Shown here: positions 12,876 to 25,440 of the stretch, piece by piece
Numbering within the stretch: position 1 is the first letter of the stretch
Layout of the letters: every line of letters begins with the position of its first letter
Source of the DNA: Lama glama
Lineage: Eukaryota
Assembly: GCA_028534125.1 (NCBI GenBank)
Contig: CM052816.1
Span: 63,986,001 to 64,050,000 of the forward strand
Length of the DNA: 64,000 nucleotides
Reading direction: 5' to 3'
Position numbers and translations under genes: made by a program
Notes under the pieces: generated by a model
What the model was told of the DNA's origin: nothing
Seen by the model: the letters and a program-made list of their open reading frames with translations, nothing else
Databases searched by the model: none

Positions 12876-13282
12876 CCTGTCACCCTGTTCCGCTCTCATC
12901 AGTGCTAGGATGAGGACATTGGAGAGGAAGATGGCAGTGGAGCAGAGACGGGGCAGCAGGAAACAGCTAGGGAGACTGGGATGACTTGGGTCTGCCTTTC
13001 CCTGGAAGTTCCCCTCCCCAAGGCAGCAGGGATGGGATTAGCATCCAAGAATACACAATTTCATCTCTGTATAACATTACACAAAGAATCCCTGTGCTCA
13101 CTTGGGCCAGGTGATCTGCGATCCCGTCTCCATGCTTTGGTGGCTCTGAGCACAGGCAGAAAAATCAAATCACTCATCCTGTATTGCTTCAACAGGCGCT
13201 TCCTTTCTGTTTCAGTTTCCTGACTAGGAGACACCCCTTTTCTCCAGGGCACTGACCCCGGGCCGGCCGGGGCTCTGCTCCC

Positions 13283-13695
13283 TGTGTTTGCTGCACACCC
13301 CCTATCATCAGACTCATCCCCTGCCCCTCTCTGCCCTCTTCTGTGTACCAGGAGGCTACCCTCTATGGACTTAAGCGAGACTCCCTTGCCTGCGGGCTTC
13401 TGGTTGGGCTTGGTCAATGAGAGGCACCATTGGGAAGAAAAAGACAGGAGAAAGGGCTCAAAGTATTTCTTCCCTGCTTCCCAGTGTCTGACAAGGGCAG
13501 TAACCCTTCCTCACTGCAGCTTCCATAGAGGGCCCTCCTCCACTGTCCCCGGCCTGGGCTCTGGTAGCTATTTCTTCCTCTGGTCCTTTTGCCCTAAGGG
13601 TGCTCATGGCTCCCCACTGCGCCTGGCATCTGGTGCCTTGTCACCCTTGCCTGCTCCCCTTACCCACTTCACACCACTGTAAACTGTGCCTTAAT
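13283..13695 (+). mobile_element. LTR33-family ERVL solo LTR
   Basis: CTCCCTTGCCTGCGGGCTTCTGGTTGGGCTTGGTCAATGAGAGGCACC...CCTAAGGGTGCTCATGGCTCCCCACTG...ACACCACTGTAAACTGTGCC. Confidence 0.7.
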
Positions 13696-13899
13696 CCACG
13701 CTCTGAATTTCCACCCCCTCGCCAAACTCACATCCCCGCCTTGGGGATGTACCTACATGCACCAGGACCGCTTTATTCATGAAGCCAGAGAAAGAGCTCT
13801 GTTTCGTTAATTATTATGATGTAAGTTAATCTGGTTGTAAACGTTGAGTAGTACACTGTTAATGCCGGTTAACATTAAAATTGGAAGTGATAGGTGAGC

Positions 13900-14235
13900 A
13901 TAAGAAAGAAAGCAAAATCACATATATTCTCACCACATAAAAGATAAGCACTATTTTTACCACATACACTTTTTCTTATCACAAAGGGATCATTTTGCAT
14001 TGTTTACTGGCTTCAATATATTCTGAGTAATTTTCCTCATCAGAAAACATACTTCAACACTATGACAACAATGAATTTACTTCTAACGCCTTGAGGTCAA
14101 AATTCCTAAAGGCTGCATAGTATTCCACTCAGGGTGGTACCAGTTTAATCAGTCCTCTACTAATGAACATTCAGGTGGGTTCCAATTTTTCCTTGTTATA
14201 AACACTGCTGCAATAAACATCCTTGCAGAATATAA
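13900..14235 (-). mobile_element. L1ME-type 3' fragment
   Basis: GGCTGCATAGTATTCCA...TTTAATCAGTCCTCTACTAATGAACATTCAGGTGGGTTCCAATTTTT...ATAAACACTGCTGCAATAAACATCCTTG. Confidence 0.75.
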
Positions 14236-16229
14236 AATATGACTTGAAAATACAAGGCAATCAACTCAGGCTTCCTAAAGCCAAAGCCGGCCATATGCTG
14301 CAGCAGCATGGTCACTCCCTCTCAAGAGATAATAATATCTGCCTTCCATGCCTCCCACGGATGTTGAGAAAAACGTATATGCAAGTTCTTTATAAACTGG
14401 AGAGTGTGTGGGGTGATTATGACAGTACGATCTTCTTTCACATCAGCCCTGCAAGGTAAGCCTGGTGGGCCCATCTTCACGGCACACTGTACCGGCAACC
14501 TTGGCAGACGTAAAGAACTGAGGGCTTACTTTTAGACTTTTATATATTTATTTCCCTTTAGCACAACACAACAAAGGACTGTGTGTAAGGAAAGCTGCCT
14601 TCCTGTACAAAAGTAAACTGCCAGCTGGCAGTACGTTCAGTCTGCTCTGGCGCACGTTAACTCACTGTGTCCCTTCCAGAGGACCATTTCCGACAACTGA
14701 AGGAGCCTGAGTCATCTGAAAGATCCCCGGGCCCCTGAAGTCCCTCACTGCCAGTATTGGTTATCCCCAAGTCCTACAGCCGATTAGTCATAATGACTCC
14801 TTTCTGGTCCTTTCCTGACGGTCTCTTCTAAAAAGCACTTGAGATAACTCTGCTTGATTAATAAAGTTGAGCTGTAGTTGAATTTTTTTTAAATGGGAAT
14901 TTTTATGTCACATGTAGAAGTTACATTGACATCTCAGATAAAAACCACCCCATCGCTCAGAAAGCACTCCATTTTGGGTGAAGTCTTGATTTACCTTCTA
15001 TGAATCTGAGTTCCTGGGTGTTCTCTGCTCTTGCTAAGGCAACACTGTTAAAATGTCACACACAGTTTCCTGGAGCAATAGCCTTACATAGTTTTGAATT
15101 CTTAATGAAAGATGCCGCACAGGTTTTTAAAATCTGACTTGAGTCATGCTTAATGCTATTTGCTAACCAGTGTGGGAAAAAAAGGTTTCCCTGCGTTAAA
15201 ATCGTTATATTCTACCAAGGTGAATGATGTTCTGCAGCATGAGATTCTATCTGATGGCTTGTCTTCTATTGTGGTTTACTTTTTCAATAGAAATTCAATA
15301 AAGGGGGCATAACCCTACTTTCTATGTTAGGGAAGCTTTTTCCCTTAAAGCCTCCTGAATTAAGAAGAGGCACAAAGCCTTCTCTCTGACTCTTTTGTCA
15401 ACTACGTGGGCATTCTTCTCTCTCCTGGGAGGGACAGAAAGGGGGTGCAGGGTCCAGTGTTTCTGTGCCAGATACGACTAGCCTCAACCTCAGCAGTATG
15501 AGAGCCCCACAGCTTGTTTTCTGCGTGAGTCGAGGAAGCACCTGCCGCCTAGTCAGACAACCTGATCCAGGGGTCTCGGCACGGAAAGGTCTGCGAGTGT
15601 CGCACAGAGATACTGAAATTGCTTTTGTTTCCTTCCTGCCTAATTTTATCTCTGTAGATATTCCACTGTTTCTGTGGGTTTATTCATTTCCATCCCTACT
15701 ACTGCCCCCATTTTTTTTTACAGTTGTGTATTCAACCAAAGAAAATGAGTAAGAAAAACAATTATGATGGTGAGAAAAAAAAAGATCCAAAACTGCCATA
15801 TGTGAGACCCATGGGAGTCCCTGATGAATTTTCATTTTCATCGTTTAGTTGTGAGCTTGGCCTGATTCAGTGAATGTGTGAATGAGTATGCTCATGGACT
15901 TGATTTCCTTGCAGCTTTAGAAAAAATGAACCATGAAGTCTCTATCTTATGAGGATAGGTTCCTGAAAGGTAAGAACTCTGACTCTATCTGCAACTGGTC
16001 CCAACACCACAGCAGCAGACCTTGGTCACACAGCAATTCCCTAAGTGAGAATTTTGATAGAGTTTAGAGAACAGCCAGCTAACACTGAAAGCATCATGTT
16101 GTGGACAAAACTGTCCATCCCTTTGTGCCTCCCTTGTCTTTTCTTGGATCCCTTATTTTTCTACCCATTTTGGATGCTCAAAATACTGATTCTGAAAAAA
16201 ATAACCAATTAGCAAATAGTTACAAGGGT

Positions 16230-16810
16230 TAGGACACTCAAGGAGTCTAGCTGAAAAAAAAAATACCAGTAAGATAATCGTGCAAAAAGTACTCGTGGAA
16301 ATCCAAAAGTGGGGGAGATCACTGTTTGTCGGGAACAATTAGGAAAGGCCCATACAGGAGCAGAGAGGGGCGCTGAGCCTTGCACAGGTAGGAAGATTGG
16401 ACGGGACTGAGTGAGGTGGGCAAGAGGAGAAAAGATGCGGCATTTGCAGAGTACAGGTTGACAGAATCAAGAAGGTAAGTTGGAACAGGTGTGCCAAAGA
16501 AATGGTGAGTCTGACCAGAAAGAGTTTTCGTGATGGGGTAATGGCACCTGAGGCTGGTGCGTCATTGGGAACCAGTTAGCTCACTCGAAGCCTAAGGGAT
16601 TTGGACTTGGTCCTACAGGCAACAGGAAGTCACTGAACATTTTGAGGCAGATGAGTGGCATGGGGAAAGATATCTTTCAAGGCGATTAATGTGGCACTGA
16701 TGACCAAAATGGATGCCGGAAGGCTCCTGCGCCATCCAGCTGTGAGGCCAGGAGACTGAGAACAAGATGGTGGTGGTGGCAATGGAGAGAGTAGAAATGA
16801 ATGACCCAGG
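16230..16810 (-). mobile_element. L2 LINE fragment
   Basis: Purine-rich; GGATTTGGACTTGGTCCTACAGGCAACAGGAAGTCACTGAACATTTTGAGGCAG and GGTGGTGGCAATGGAGAGAG match reverse-strand L2. Confidence 0.7.
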
Positions 16811-18499
16811 CTGGCAAACGTGACCTGACAGAGCTCTGGGAGCTGCCCAGTGTTCTCTCATGAAATACCTCATGGATAAAGCCTTTTCTCTTTCTGTAAA
16901 AAAACCCTCATTCTATTCCTTCATTTTGTCCCTGACAGTCGGATCAGACATGCTGTGCTAGGATGCTGGGGGCAGATGACTTCGTAGAACGGGAGCAGGA
17001 TAACACAGCTGGCCAGGGATGAGAAGGGCTAAGCAGCGGGCACACTGTCAGAAATAACTTCTCGTAGGAATCCTTCAAAATTCTAGTAAAATACAGGTTT
17101 CAACAGTAAAATAAAATAAAAATTTTTAAAAATTGGATAGGGTTCCAAGGAGTTACACGAGACGCCATTTATTTCAAATTTTTCTTCAAGCTGTTGCATT
17201 TGGGTTGTGGTTGATTGACACCAAAAGTAAGTCAGCCTAGATTAATTATTACTTTTCTGACTTCCAAATCACCTTGATTGCTCAGAGTCATTGCCCTCCA
17301 CACATCTGGACTCCAGGAATGAGTCACTTAAAGAGGCACCCAACAGAAGTTTCTGTTCTCTTTTGGTGTTCTAATGTGTACTCTGTACTTGGACTGCCTG
17401 TTAAACAAATCAGGGAGGAAAACAGGAGAATCTAAAGTAGTCATGCAAAGTTCCACAGGCACAGGGTCTGAAGGAAATCGAGCCTGGCCAAAATGACCTC
17501 AGGCATCTGCCAAGGAGAAGAACCTTGCTTCTAAGGACGTTCTGCAGCTTTCCGCGTCTCCTTCCATGACAGGCATCAGTGGTGTGACAACTAGGTGTGG
17601 TGGGTGGGCATTTCTGTGGGCTGGCAGCCTAATTTAACTTTCAACTGTGGGAGTAAGCTTTAACTCTGTGCTAAAATTAGGGGAACCCAGCAACTCCCGT
17701 GGTTATTTCAATCAGTTCCCACTTATTGAGTAGCAGCCGCACAGTTAAGTAATAACATGGTAACCTTGCCAAGACATAAATGAAATGCTGAGTGTTGCCC
17801 AGCTGGATGTGAAATTGCTTCAATGATCTAAGTGGAGAACCAAACCAACAAAAGAGCTGCTGGCACCTCTGGGAGTGGGGGAGGTGGGGACATGGACAGA
17901 ATCCCCAGAGCCACTCCTCTGATGCTTGGGGGAAATTCAAGGGAGCAGGAACTGATTGGCCCAGCAATCCAAATCTCCCTGAAGAAATGCCAGGAGTCTC
18001 AATGGTCAGGAAGCCTTGGTTTGATTTTGGAGACGGCATCCTGGCTCTGCCAGAGCAGCCCACCGCCAGAGCCAGGGCATCCAACCAGACCTTGGCCCCA
18101 GTGCTGGAGCTCACACCACAGTAATGAATATAATAATGATCTAGATAAACGGCTTCTGATGGCACACTGTGCAGAGTGTCGTCCTGGCTGGCTCCACTTT
18201 TAGAGGAGAATTTCCACCAGCTGAGAGGCCATGATGCCAGCTCCCAGTTCAGGCCAGGCGGCAGAACCAGAAGCCTTGAAGAAAGGTTCTATCAAGGAAG
18301 CTGAGAACCCCCAAACCATCCCCACTGGGCTGTGGTTAGAGGTGGGGGTGGTGAGGAGGGAGACCTGAGGCGGTGAAGGTCACTGATAACCATGGATTAA
18401 TCCCCTTAACTTGCGGATTACGCAGGGCTTTTCATTTCACCTCCTCGCCCTTGACTGTGTTGGCCACTTCCCCCGGACACTTAGGCTGATCTGATTTCC

Positions 18500-18598
18500 A
18501 GTCCAGCCCACCTTCAAGAGGCAGGGGCCACACAGGGTCAGGAACACCAGGAGACAGGACCACTGGCAGCCATCACAGAAGTCTGCCTCCTACTCACA
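18500..18598 (-). mobile_element. MLT1F-like LTR end fragment
   Basis: CAGCCCACCTTCAAGAGGCAGGGG...GAACACCAGGAGACAGGACCACTGGCAGCCATCACAGAAGTCTGCCT. Confidence 0.55.
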
Positions 18599-18644
18599 CC
18601 ATTACCATTTAGCCCATCTGAGAACCAGAATGAGCAACAGGAAG

Positions 18645-20500
18645 GAAGATCTGTTCCACTGATCTATGTGCCTGTTCCTTTGCCAATATATACTGTATTG
18701 TCTTGGTTACTCTAGCCTTATAAGTCTTAATATTGGGCAGTGTGATTCCTCCAACCTCACTATTCTGTTTCAAAATTGTTTTAGCTATTCTAGTGCTTTG
18801 CCTTTCCATATAAATTTTACAGTCAGCTTGTCTACTGTAACCCTGATAGGATTTTGATTGTAGTTGTGTTAAATCTATAGATTAGTTTGAGATTAACTGA
18901 CCTCTTTACAACATTGAGTCTTTCAACACAAACAGGATGTCTCTCCATCTTTAGGTCTTCACTGATTTCTTTCCTCACCATTCTGTAGTTTTTGTCAAAC
19001 AGATCCTGTGCAAGTTTCATTATATTTATAGCTAAAATCTCACTTTTCAGTGCTATTATAAATGGTAGATTTTGTGTTAATTTTTTTTGGTTTCTAATGT
19101 GCATTGCTAGTATTTAAATACACAGTTAATTTTTGTATTTGCCTTGTAACTTTGTTAAACTCACCTATTGGTTCTAGTTTTTGTAAATTCCTTGGAATTT
19201 TCTTCATAGACAAAAATGTCTCCAGTGAATAGAGGCAGTTTTATTTCTTCTTTTCAATCTTTATGAATAATTTCTTTCTTTTTGCCTCACTGCACTTGGT
19301 TGAACTCCTGGTACAATGTCGAACAGGAGTCGGGAGAGGGGACACCATTGCCTTGTTCCCAATCTTAGGAGTAAATCATACAATCTTTTATTATAAGCAT
19401 GATGTTAACTATACTTTTTTTTAACATATGCCATTTATTAGTTTGAGGAAATCCCCTTGAATTTCTAATTTGTTGAGACTTTTTATCATGAATGGACACT
19501 GAATTTTGTCATATGATTTTTCTGTGGCAAAAGAAGAAACATGTGATTTTGCTTCTTTGGACTATTAATATGGTGGATTACACTTGATCATGGTAAAATA
19601 TTCTTTTTATGTATTGCTGGATTTGACTTTAACACTTTATTGAAGAGTTTTTTTGTGTCTCTGTTCATGAGGGGTATTTCTTTTTTTGTATTGTGTTTGT
19701 GAAGTGCACATTAAAGCAGTGTTTAGAGGGAAATTTAATAGTATTAAATGTTTACTTAAAATATTTAATAATGCTAGAAAAGAAGAGAGGATTTAAATCA
19801 ATAATCTAAGTTTCTGCCTTAAAAGACTAGAAAAAGAATAAACCCAAAGCGAGCAGAGAAAATGAAAGTAATAAAAGGAAGAGCAGAAATCAATGAAACA
19901 ATGGGATCTGTTTGGAATCTGGTTAATGCTGGCCTCACAAGATGAGTTGGGAAGAGTTCTATCCTCTTCCATTTTCTGGAAGGGACTGTGTAGAGTTGGT
20001 CTAATTTCTCCTTTAAATGTTTGAGAGAGTTAACTAGTGAAATCGTTTGAGCCTGGATATTTATTTTTCAGGAGATTTTAAGCTACAAGTCCAGCTTCTT
20101 TAATAGTTACAAAACTATTCAGGTTGTCAATTTCCCTTGGTGTTTTGTTAGTTTGGGCTTTTCAAGAAAAACAATACCATTCTTCTAAGTTGTCAAATGT
20201 ACGTGCATAGAGTTATCTGCAGAATTACCGGATTTTTTTTTATTGTCTGTAGGATCTATAGCAATATCTTCTCTTTCATTCTTGGTATGGGCAATTTGAA
20301 CTCCCCTCCTCCAATCTCTCTCTGTTTCACTTTTTTCTCTCTCCCCACTCTGTCTGTCTCTTCCCCTCTCCATCTTGGTAGAATCCTAGAAATTTTAATA
20401 TTTGCAAAGAACAAAATTTTGGCTTCTTTTATTTTCCCTATTGTTTTCCTGTTTTTGAATTTCATTGATTTCTATTCTTTATTGCTTTCTTTGCTCCCAT
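18645..20500 (-). mobile_element. L1M ORF2 region (decayed)
   Basis: ORF-track peptides TRIAKTILKQNSEVGGITLPNIKTYKA, ERLNVVKRSVNLKLIYRFN and NRKTIGKIKEAKILFFANIKI are L1 ORF2-like. Confidence 0.92.
19701..19906 (+). mobile_element. Sense-strand internal L1 ORF2 fragment embedded in the antisense L1
   Basis: TAAAGCAGTGTTTAGAGGGAAATTTAATAG...AAATCAATAATCTAAGTTTCTGCCTTAAAAGACTAGAAAAAG...AGAGCAGAAATCAATGAAA corresponds to L1 KAVLRGKFIA...INNLSFHLKKLEKE...RAEINE. Confidence 0.85.
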
Positions 20501-20893
20501 TGCTGTCATTAAGGGATTGCTTAGGGATTGGGGTGTGAGGGAACAGAGAAAAGAAAAACTAAACATTGGATTTTTACACTCTTCCTGAGAGTTAGGAGTC
20601 TCTTTTCCCACTCCTTGAACCAGCTTCTCCTGGAGCGCTCCTAGTCTGCTCCCTGGAGACCACGTCTAAGCTTCCAGCTGTGTTGAGTTCAGGACAGGGG
20701 ATATTGGAGGGAAAAAAAAAAACGACAAACTCACTACCAGATCCATGGTACTTCAAATTCTGATCTTCTTCCCCAATTTACTTGTTACTGTTTGCATTTC
20801 AGAGTCCTCATCCATTTTGTCTTGTTTTTACAGTTGTGGTCAATCAGTACAACCAGGTGGAGTGTGTTTCTTCTATATGACCCAGAACTGAAA
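20500..20893 (-). mobile_element. L1M 5' UTR terminus
   Basis: CAAACTCACTACCAGATCCATGGTACTTCAAATTCTGATCTTCTTCCCCAAT...TTTCAGAGTCCTCA...GGTGGAGTGTGTTTC...CCCAGAACTGAAAC resembles the reverse complement of an L1MC-type 5' end. Confidence 0.65.
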
Positions 20894-23414
20894 CTTTTCC
20901 CCACATTCTTTGAGTCAGTTCAGAAAAGGGTTTGGAACCTGATACATGGGGCCATCTTATCTCCTACCACCACTGCTCCAACACCAAAAGCTTATCTTCC
21001 ACACCCACTTTCTTTACCACCACCTTCTCTCCATGAGTTCCACAGGAAGCACCTGTAGCTGCGGTTGAGGCAACTTTGATGATTCGCTCATGGAGGATTC
21101 CAGGCAGCTGAGAAGCTTTTCGTCCTTCGGAGATCAAGTCCTACTACATGAGAATTAGTAGTTTGTTCCAAAAGGTAAACAGGGAATTCAGTCTTGGAGC
21201 ATGACATTCAAATGCGGTACAGGTTGTCCTGGAGGCCTATGGTTAGTCTCATGGAGTTTTCTTCCAGGCCGGACTGATAACACATGAGATGACTTGATTT
21301 TTCTTATAAACCTACTGGGAAAGCAGGCTTTCCTATTCTCCAGGCTTATGCACATTCCCTATGGTCTTCTCTGATGCTAGGTGGATCTGGTCCAGATTTC
21401 CAGTGCTCTGCTGAGAACAGAGTCAGCCTGAGCTAGGCATCTGCATCATCCTCACGGAGGACAATTCTCCCAGTGCAATGAGAGCAGAGTGTCCCAGTGG
21501 CAATACCGTTGCAGGCTTGATGGAGAAGAAACCTGATACTAAATGAGGAAACCATCCTTTTTCTACAGGCCTGCCTGAACCAGAAGAGCCTAGCAATTCC
21601 AGGGCCTGTGTTTTCAATAGATTTTAAAATTGAAGTCAGCATGGAAATGAGGTGGGTGGGTGGCTCAAACTGAATGGTCATTGTGCACCAGGCTGGTTAT
21701 CTCACGGCTTGTTATACAATAAAAGAGGATCAGATAAACACAGGCATAACCTCTGTCTCCATTGATAATGTAAATCATCCCTTGTATCATTTGTCTTTCC
21801 TTCAGACTGGATACAAAAGTCATAGAAATGAACAATTCATGCCTAAACATAGGAGACCTTGAAAGCTAGTGTGTGTCAGATGTTTATTCTAGGTCATCAT
21901 TAAGGGGTTGAATGGATTTGCTTATAAACATGGGCTATTCTGTCAGTAGGGAGTGGGAGAGACAAAATGTTTCTTGCAGTGTGGAGACAGCTCTTTTAAA
22001 GACACATTGCAGCTTTTCTGCCATGCACAGTAAGTTATATAGATAACTCTTTTTATAGGACATGAAATGTTGTCTCCTGAGCAGTGCAGAGCATAATGTG
22101 TTATAGAAACAATGCTTCTTCTCTCCACTTTGTGCAAATGCCATTTCTCATTACCCACTGAGTGGGAGCTTGCTAGAGATTGAAATGAGAGCAGGAATGC
22201 CCCTCCCGCAGCTGGTCAGGCACTTCCTGACGTGCCCTCAGCAAAGACCTCCATGGGAGCCCTGGGGGGACTCCCCAGGCAGCTTCCCCCACAGTGAAGT
22301 TTGGAGCCCGCAAGCCCTCAAAGGATGTCGCATCTTTCAGGTTATCCGTTTCTACTGCCCTCACTCTCTGCTGAGAGTTTTGTGGGTGGCAGTTGTTTTT
22401 CCCACCCAGTCCAACCAAAGGCAGCTAAAGAAAAAGTGCCAAGACAAACAGAATGAGAGCCTTGGGGAGCCAGTAATGGGCACAGAGCGCAGAGTGCAGT
22501 AATCACTCTTTTGATTTGTGCTCAGATATGTTTTCTATTTGCTTTTGCACAGAATGCACATTTCCCCCCTGGATTGCAAATAATCTCAACCAGGGTAAAA
22601 CCATTACAAAGTGGCCTTCAAACATCATGTCTGCATTGGAATTGAATGACCGATCAGACATTTAAATACGGAAACTGGGAATTCTAGTGAATTGCAATGA
22701 TACAGTTTTTAAAAACATACTCAGAGTTGTTTAAATAATCTTTGCTTTCTTGGCGTGCGCTCTCCCTCTTTCTTTCAAGGATTTCTGCAGTTTTTCCTTT
22801 TAATTTTGTTTCCATTTGTTTCTATTTTAATGTTATTCAATGATTCGGTTGTATCCACAAAGCCAAACATTAAAAAATATTTTTGCATCATTTCTAAGAA
22901 ATAAAAACAAGGAAAGAAAAGGAGATGGAATTCTCAACATCCCCAGTGTCCGGTGATCTCTGCCCTTTATCCAGGGCAAATGTCTTGAGATAATCGATGC
23001 CTTCTTATGTTGTCATCAGTGTCTCCTGACTAGCCTCTTTGACGCTGAACACAAGCAAAGCAATAAGTACACAGAGAATGACCGCTTCAGCTGAGTGTCT
23101 TCTTCGCCCTCTCCGACCCAGGAGAGGTGGGAAGAAGAGTCAGGATGGGAAACAGATGGAGGGTGACACTGTGCTGGGCAAGGCTCTTGTCCAGGGAGCC
23201 CCTGACGGCAGTCGGGCAAAAGGGATCCTACACGGGGCTCAGAGTCCCAGGTTAATGTCAAGTGCTGAGTTTTCTTTTAGTTACTCAAGGATCAAAGGGA
23301 AATTATTCAATAAAAAGGAACTTAAAGGGGACTTCTGGGCTGACACAAACCTTAATCGAAAACACTTGTTCAAACGCAGCTTCCTTGACCTGCCTCTTCA
23401 TGTTGCCTTTTCAG

Positions 23415-23438
23415 TTCGTATACACATTGGTGATTAAA
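23415..23438 (+). other. Candidate 24-nt microexon (FVYTLVIK if phase 0; stop-containing in the other two phases); host gene unknown
   Basis: Branch-like TTGAC (A at 23388), an AG-free pyrimidine tract with two TGC motifs, acceptor TTTTCAG, 24 nt, then donor GTAAGT. Lies in TE-free sequence. No transcript evidence is available. Confidence 0.35.
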
Positions 23439-25119
23439 GTAAGTATTTCCTCCATCACAATTCAGCATCCCCTTTCTTCTCAACTGATCAGAATTTCACG
23501 AGGGTGATGAGACAGTTTGTTGCTAAGGAACTGAAGACCTATGTCACAACTGAGCATTCTGATGAAGAAGTGTACTTTTCAACAGATTGGATATTAAGTA
23601 TAAATAAGCAGTGTGTGTGTGAGTGCACACTCGCACACTCGCGGTGTCATAACTGAAAGCACGGCGCATTCCTGTCAGAAATGTGGAGGATGAGCCACCT
23701 CCTCTCTAAAAGCTGCTCGTTAATAACCCTCAATTGCCTCTTACTTGTGAGAGCACCACTCCTGCATCTGAACTTTTCACTTCAGCTTGTTCTCTCCCCT
23801 CTGTTCAGATCCCTGTTCCCTCACGCTGGTGTGTCAGGGACTCATCACACTGTGACCTTAATCACATTCTCCTTTAAAAGGAGTCAAGCACAAGCGTCCC
23901 AGAGTCTCTGATATTCTAGGTGTTCATCAGGAGACTGGAACATAAAATTCCTCCCACCTGGAGGACACCCACGTCACTGCTTCCCGAAAGTCTGTTGATC
24001 TTAGTCACGACCTAGGAACATGAATAGAACGTGGCTAATGTTTCCCTGTATCCCGTGAGCCTGAGCGCTGGGAAAACTTAGAATTTATACAGTTGCAATT
24101 TCTAGGGAGAAGGGCAGTAACTTTTCAGCTTTTTTTGAAAAAGAGAATTCTTTAAGAAACAGAACACTTCAAATGTGCCCTTTCTTTTTCGTTTGAAGCC
24201 TTAAAAAAAGATCTCTGCCTCTCAGTTTGGTTTGCCTGCTAGCATGTTGCTGACTTTGTGACTGTTAGATTAAGACAAATGGGGAAATCTAACAGCAGAT
24301 GATTCCACAAATGAATGGTGCACATGCAATCATAGATATGTACACACCGTGAATTAAAGAGGCAATGAATATAAGCAGAAAAGGAAACAATGATCCTTTG
24401 AAAATTGAAGGTAAGAACTTAATTAGTTATATAGAAAACTACAGAAAGATACGAACTAAATTTGATTGAAAAGAAGTAAACTTCAGGCCAAACCCTTAGG
24501 TGTTAGGCTAACACCGTGCTTGAATTCTGTCTATATCTGGTGCAGTGGGGGACAATTCAGAGCAATGCATGTTTACTCTGCCTAATTGAGGAAGTTGGAT
24601 GCTAATGAATTTTCTGAACACAGGAAAAAAAAAAGAATGTTGCATGTGAAAGGGAAACCAAAGTGTAGGTGGAAATGAAAAAAAAAAAATGTCCTGGGAA
24701 TATGGGAAAGTTCATTTGGTGGGTTGGGAGAAGGTCAAACAAACGAGGTTTTAGAAAGAGGTGATGTGGTTAAAAGACACTCACTCACTCTGGCCGGAAC
24801 AGGACTATAAACCTAGCGTCTGATCCTGATCTCCCATAAATGGCATAGGCATGTGTCGACAATCAAACAAACTTAGAGTATGTCCCTTGATTCTGCCCAT
24901 TATTTATGCTACATGGTATTTCTTTCTATGCACCTCAGGGTTTTCTTCCAGCTGCCCTGAAAGTTTAAAGCCTACACACAATCTGAGAATTAAAAAGTAG
25001 GAAGCACCTCTAAATCGAAATACCTAACTGGAAAAGGGCAAATGAAGACAAATCTTTGATTAGTACCAATAAAAAGTTGGTTTAAGGTGATGAGGGCTAC
25101 TTAGTCTCAAGAACATTAA

Positions 25120-25440
25120 AGATACTCAATACATGTTGAATCCTTTCTGCCCAGGACTCTGTCAAGGGGCAGAAGGATCAAAACGGAACAAGAAATAGGC
25201 CCTGTCCTCAGGGAGTTAGGACATGACAGTAAAAACACACTGAATGAGCACCCAGGACTGAGTAGTGAAGGGTTCTAAGAGCAGCTTTGGCCAAATGTGC
25301 TACAGGAGGGAGGAGCAATCAGAGAAGGCCTCCCGGAACGATGCTTGTCCTGACAGCTGAAGAATGTGGAGGCAGAGGAGAAGGCAGAGGGTGTCCCTGG
25401 GTAGCAGATGAGGTGAGGAAAGCCTAGGAGGCTGGGGTAG
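25120..25440 (-). mobile_element. L2 LINE fragment
   Basis: ACTCAATACATGTTGAATCC...CCCTGTCCTCAGGGAGTT...ATCAGAGAAGGCCTCCCGGA. Confidence 0.55.

Noticed and set aside
14447..14455. 9-nt microexon CCCTGCAAG between TTCACATCAG and GTAAGC
   Set aside because: Short pyrimidine tract, no upstream UGC, and it sits next to MIR-like sequence; likely chance.
21045..21174. Exon candidate ending AAAG|GTAAAC
   Set aside because: Stops in all three frames and only a moderate donor.
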